Shown: positions 59,330 to 64,000 of the stretch, piece after piece
How the letters are laid out: every line of letters starts with the position of its first letter
Position numbering within the stretch: position 1 is the stretch's first letter
Source of the DNA: Amphiscolops sp. MND2022
Lineage: Eukaryota
Assembly (NCBI GenBank): GCA_964187785.1
Contig: OZ076409.1
Span: 55,058,001-55,122,000 of the forward strand
DNA length: 64,000 bases
Reading direction: 5' to 3'
Position numbers and translations under genes: made by a program
Notes under the pieces: model-generated
Database searches by the model: none
What the model saw: only the letters and a program-made list of their open reading frames with translations
Told to the model about the DNA's origin: nothing

Positions 59330-61350
59330 TTTGGTGAATGTGATTCTCGAAGAAAAAGTACTTTTCGAACTTCGGCCGTACTTCTTTCGTGCCAAACTAA
59401 TTGCGCTGAAAAAAGCCCGATGGAGGACTTCGTCCTATCGCTGTAGGCAATACTTTCCGCCGATTGTCCGCAAAATGTACCGGATACCACGTCTTCGAAT
59501 CACGTCAAGCAAGATATGGAAATCGACAAGTAGGTGTAGGTACCAAAAGGGGCGCTGAATTGGCCTCACATGTTTTCCGTTGTTTGATAGAAAGCCCTCA
59601 GCCCAAAGAAAACGTAATTTTGAAAATTGACTTTGAAAACGCTTTCAATTCGATAAATCGGCAGTTCATGCTAGAGAAAGTTTTTGAAATACACCCTGAA
59701 GTTTATAAGTATTCACACTCTGCGTACAGTCAGTCAAGTTTTCTTTTTTACGGTGATTCAGTAATCAAATCTTGCGAAGGGACCCAGCAAGGAGATCTTG
59801 AGTCTCCAGCTTTGTTTTCGGATTCCATTCAGGGTCTGATTGACAGTTTGGAGTCGAAAATAATTTGATGGTACCTTGACGATGGAAATTTAAGTGACGA
59901 TTACCGAACCGTTTTTAAAGAGCTCAAAAAAATTGTTGAAGCGGAAAGAACCCTGGGACTCAAAATTTAACCCACGAAATGTGAAACTTTTTTCCCTGGT
60001 GACATCACTGAAAAACGACGATCGACAATTTTAGCATCTTTCCAAAAACTTTGCCCCTGGATCAAAACACCAAAGAAAGATGAATTTATCATTCTTGGTT
60101 CACCGCTCGGTCCGAAATCACAAGCAGACCTATTGGAAAAAAAATTAATGAACTGGAAAAAGTTAACGGGATTGCTGAGAAACTAGAATCCCACTATGGT
60201 TTTTTTATGTTGAAAAATTGCTTCAGTTTGCCAAAGTTGTTGTACTTCCTGAGAACCAGTACATGTTTTAATCATCCACCTCTCTTGGGGAAATATGACA
60301 AAACCGTGCGCGATGGACTTTCCAAAGTGTGTAACGTGAACTTCGACGATATTTCGAGTACTCAGCTGGCTCTGCCTGCTGAGATGGGTGGTCTTGGGGT
60401 TTCATCCGCATCATTACTAGCACTTCCCGCCTCTCTGGCCTCAACTTTTGGTGCGAGTGACTTTCTCACGATGATTTTCTTGGAAACATTCGAAGATAGT
60501 TCGTTTACAAAAGCGCTTGAAAAGTGGTTGAGTTTGACGAATGAACAGGAAAGTCCTGTCGATGGAACTCAAAAAAGGTGGACACAACCTGTCTACGTCA
60601 AAACCGCCCAAGGTTTGATTTCTAGAATGGATGACAAACGTTCGAAAGTTTTCAACGCTCATCAAGGCAAATTCGGGTCTCAATGGCTGAACGTCGTTCC
60701 TTGCAAGAACCTAGGCCTGAAACATGATGATCAGTAACTTCGAACTTCAATTGGTTTGCGTCTCGGTGCCAACATATGCGTTGGGCATACGTGCCACTGT
60801 GGTAAAAGAGTTGAACGGGAGGGTTTACACGGTCTTTCTTGCACCAAGAGTGCTGGTCGCTTCTCACGTCATGCTACTCTCAATTCACTCATAAAGCAGA
60901 CGTTGGGATCTCTCGACTTGCCTTCAATGCTCGAACCGCGTGGACTGTACCGAACTGATGGCAAACGCCCAGACGGTGTTACCATGATTCCTTGGGAAAT
61001 GGGTAAACAGCTGGTGTGGGATGTCACGGTTGTGGATGATTTTGCACCCAGTCGCCTGAATCAAGGCTCTTTATGCAACCCGGGAACCACCGCCACCGAA
61101 GTATCGCGAATTAATTGACAATGGATACATTTTTCAGCCTGTGGCCTTGGAAGTACAGGGTTCTTTAGGCGAGAGCAGTGAAATTTTCATAACGCGTCTC
61201 TGTAAAATGCTCTGTCGTTCGCACGACGATCAACGAGCTGGCAGCTTTTTGAAGCAACGGATTTCAATGGCTCTTCAGATTGGCAATGCGGCCTGTGTTC
61301 TAGGAACTGTGAGCGACAGAGATGTGTTCGAATAAATTTATTACATATAA
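59330..61350 (+). mobile_element. 5'-truncated CRE-like non-LTR retrotransposon (RT + restriction-like endonuclease), degenerate
   Basis: RPYFF.AKLIALKK.DGGLRPIAVG, LKIDFENAFNS, GTQQGD, YLDD, zinc finger CHCG...HGLSC, RH motif and GKRPDG...WDVTV (RLE). Several stops and frameshifts. Confidence 0.88.
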
Positions 61351-61505
61351 CCTAATTTTTTTGACCTTTATATCAAAGCAGCTTTTTAAAAAATTCCACC
61401 GGTCGACTGCATAGTGGCTGGTTTGAGTAGTTTGTTGGTTGTTTTTTTTGTTACTGGTCTACTGGGATAGTGGCTGGTATGGGGTTCCCTACTTTCGTTG
61501 CAGAC

Positions 61506-61841
61506 GGGTGGCTGTAAATAGGTCGAATTTTTTAGAGGTTGAACCTTTCGATCGAATTGCAGGGATCGACTGGAATGCGGTCGAATTTCATCGTATTTGT
61601 TGTATGGCTCGGTCGCGTCGCTCCGTTCGCCAAGTAGCAACATTGAGGCATGGCCATATGGCACGTCGCTCCGCTTCGCTTCGCTCCTGCATTCAGGGCA
61701 TTAGGGGTATGTGAACATATCTAACTACGTTATAAAAATTTCGATCCGAGTTGTTTCGATCTCATCCAAAAATTTGGTATGTCAACCTGAGGACTAACTC
61801 TGACTTTCGATCCCGTTCCTTCGACCTACTTTCGCCCACCC
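61506..61841 (+). mobile_element. Mutator-like MITE (same family as 29297-29645)
   Basis: GGGTG...CACCC TIRs; perfect 9-bp TSD GTTGCAGAC (61497-61505 and 61842-61850). Confidence 0.9.
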
Positions 61842-62349
61842 GTTGCAGACCACGGGTATGTGTCTTCTCCCCCTAACACGATGATATACATGGCACTTGA
61901 TTGATGACAAAGATCCATGATATCTGATAGAGAAAAAGAAAAAAAAGGAAAAAAAATTCCTCAAAAACTGTCCATACGATTCGAGCGAAATTTTCTACAG
62001 TCATTCAACAATGTATTAGAGTCCTATATGTGCAGTGGCACCAAATTTGTATAGCTGGGATGTGAGAAACATTGCCTAAATTAGCCCAAAAATGGCCAAA
62101 AAACAGTCATTTTTCGATTCTCGCAAAAACTGTCTATACGATTCAAACGAAATTTTCTACAGCCATTTTCTACACCGGAACATGGTCATATATGTGCAAT
62201 TTTATTAAATTCGTATGACTGGGGATGGAGCGAGTCAGAAGGAAAAAGACCTAAGCCGACTCCTTTACCGCATATGCGGCTCTGGTTTTTTACTTCAATT
62301 GACAATTCAGAAAAAGTGTTCCAAATGACTTCAAAGTTGTTTGTGGCCG

Positions 62350-62828
62350 TTTTTAGTCGGCGTTTTTTTTGTGAAAAAAGACCGACTATAAGAGTTTTTT
62401 TTCGTCAGCCTACAATCTCGCTCTTATTGGGCCACTTTTCTTACAATCGAAACTACTACCATAAGGCGAAGTCCGGTCAGCGGAAGTTAGTGCAAAAGGG
62501 TCCCCCTTTCATTTTTCACTTTTTTCAACGTAACCTACAAAACCGGACGAGACTAAAAGGTCCCCCTTTTGAGTTTTTTCGGCACTATGCGACTTTTTTG
62601 CCGAAATTTCTTCAATGTCTCAAAAGAGTCCCCTTTCCAGATTTGTGATATTTAGCAACAAAATATATGTCAATAAATCCCAAAGGGTCCCCCTTCTACA
62701 TTTTTTCGGCACTATGCGACATTTTCTCTAAGAAAAAAATCAAAAATTTCAAGTTTTCTTTCAAACAAAAGTCTTGCGCTTTTTGAGCCTTAGATATAGC
62801 TCCGACTTTAGACGTTCATGTCTTGTTT
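62350..62828 (+). mobile_element. HINE/DINE-1-like element, copy 3
   Basis: TTTTAGTCGGCG...CCGACTA start, AAGGGTCCCC sub-repeats, TTTGAGCCTTAGATATAGCTCCGACTT...TCTTGTTT end. Confidence 0.72.
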
Positions 62829-64000
62829 GTGATTCGACAAGATTGAAAAAACTTGCGTGAAGCCATTATATTAGTGTCGTTTTCATATAAATTGCCTAGT
62901 TTTTGTTTACTGTTTTTTTCGTTTTTCACACGAAGTCTAACGAAATGATCAGCGACACATGGAGATTATGAGCTGATGTGTTTCTAAACTTTTGCATGTG
63001 ACCTATGTTCATCGTTGTCACGGCTGCCGAGTTCCTAATAATAATGATTATATAAGTTGTTCCTTATCGGGTGCCTTACGTGGTTTTATGTTACCAAGTG
63101 GTTGGCACACACCCGTGGGCTCCAAATGAGGAGAAACAATGAGCGAGAATGCTTATCAGAAGACTTATTACCCATGCGGGCCCTTATTTCAGTAAACCGG
63201 CAGAAATGAACGAAATTGTTAAATTAGCAACCCATCATTGTCCAAAAGAGCAACCGCCTGAAAACTGAAAAGTTTACATCCTCGTTTCTGTGAAAATCAC
63301 TTCTTGCAGCTCCGACCCGCAATGTCAGTAATTTTTTGTCAGTGTTGCATGTATGTGTAACAGGCAACTACCTGCTTAGTCGTGGTTTTTGTCTCACTCA
63401 GTTAATCCCATGCTTTTGATTTATACTTTGAAGAGATTAGAAATGAGTTCCATAGCAGGAATACGACCCTATGATTTTGCTAATTCAACTATGACTATAA
63501 CGATTGTCTCATTCCTCATCATGAAAAAAGATTGTGGACAAACTTTTCGGAATTTACATAGTTTGTCGTTTTTTTGCAACTGAAAACGTGTGATATGAAA
63601 GTTTTATGTTGAAAATCAAAAAGATGCAAAAAGTGCTGTCTTGAGCCTCAGTTGTCTCCTATTGCGTTTTTATCCTCTATTCGGTACCCTTGTCACTATT
63701 GATCCTTAGCATTTTCATATATGGAGAACTCTGGCCTTTCTCGGAAAACGCCCAAATGATGTTTACTGTTTTATAAATTTTTTCGCAGAATTTTTAAATT
63801 AATCTGAACTGCTCTTGCGTGCTACTGAATTCTCTTTTTGTATTTCACCCATTTCTTTTCAGTAATATTCAAATTTCCGAGTTTGTTTATAATGAGTTGT
63901 TTAACTGCACATCATAGATGTTCTTGACACAAAGCGATGTGTTATTTTATTTCCTGAGAATGAACTTCAGTAGATTTTTTTGTTTCAATTTTACCTGCTT

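Overview
AT-rich eukaryotic, animal-like DNA dominated by nested transposable elements. Two host genes are recognisable: a 4-exon TMEM115 (33529-37436, +) and a single-coding-exon CMC4 twin-CX9C gene (47127-47339, +). The main feature is a young ~15.06 kb Ty3/Gypsy LTR retrotransposon (14037-29095, minus strand) with near-identical 711-bp LTRs. Its ~3,100-codon gag-pol frame is broken by one in-frame TGA. It has an unusual architecture: a degenerate protease-like repeat in tandem with the active protease, and a long post-integrase tail ending in one clear and one degenerate TARG1/OARD1-type macrodomain. Other elements are a Tc1 DD34E transposon, a decayed Gypsy family present twice in divergent orientation, several decayed APE-type LINEs, a 5'-truncated CRE-like RLE retrotransposon, a hAT remnant, Helitron/Helentron pieces and several MITE families. 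A ~10 kb tandem array of seven ~1457-bp units, seeded from a Helentron-type end, shows a 2911-bp higher-order dimer. All domain calls come from motif recognition by eye; no searches were run.
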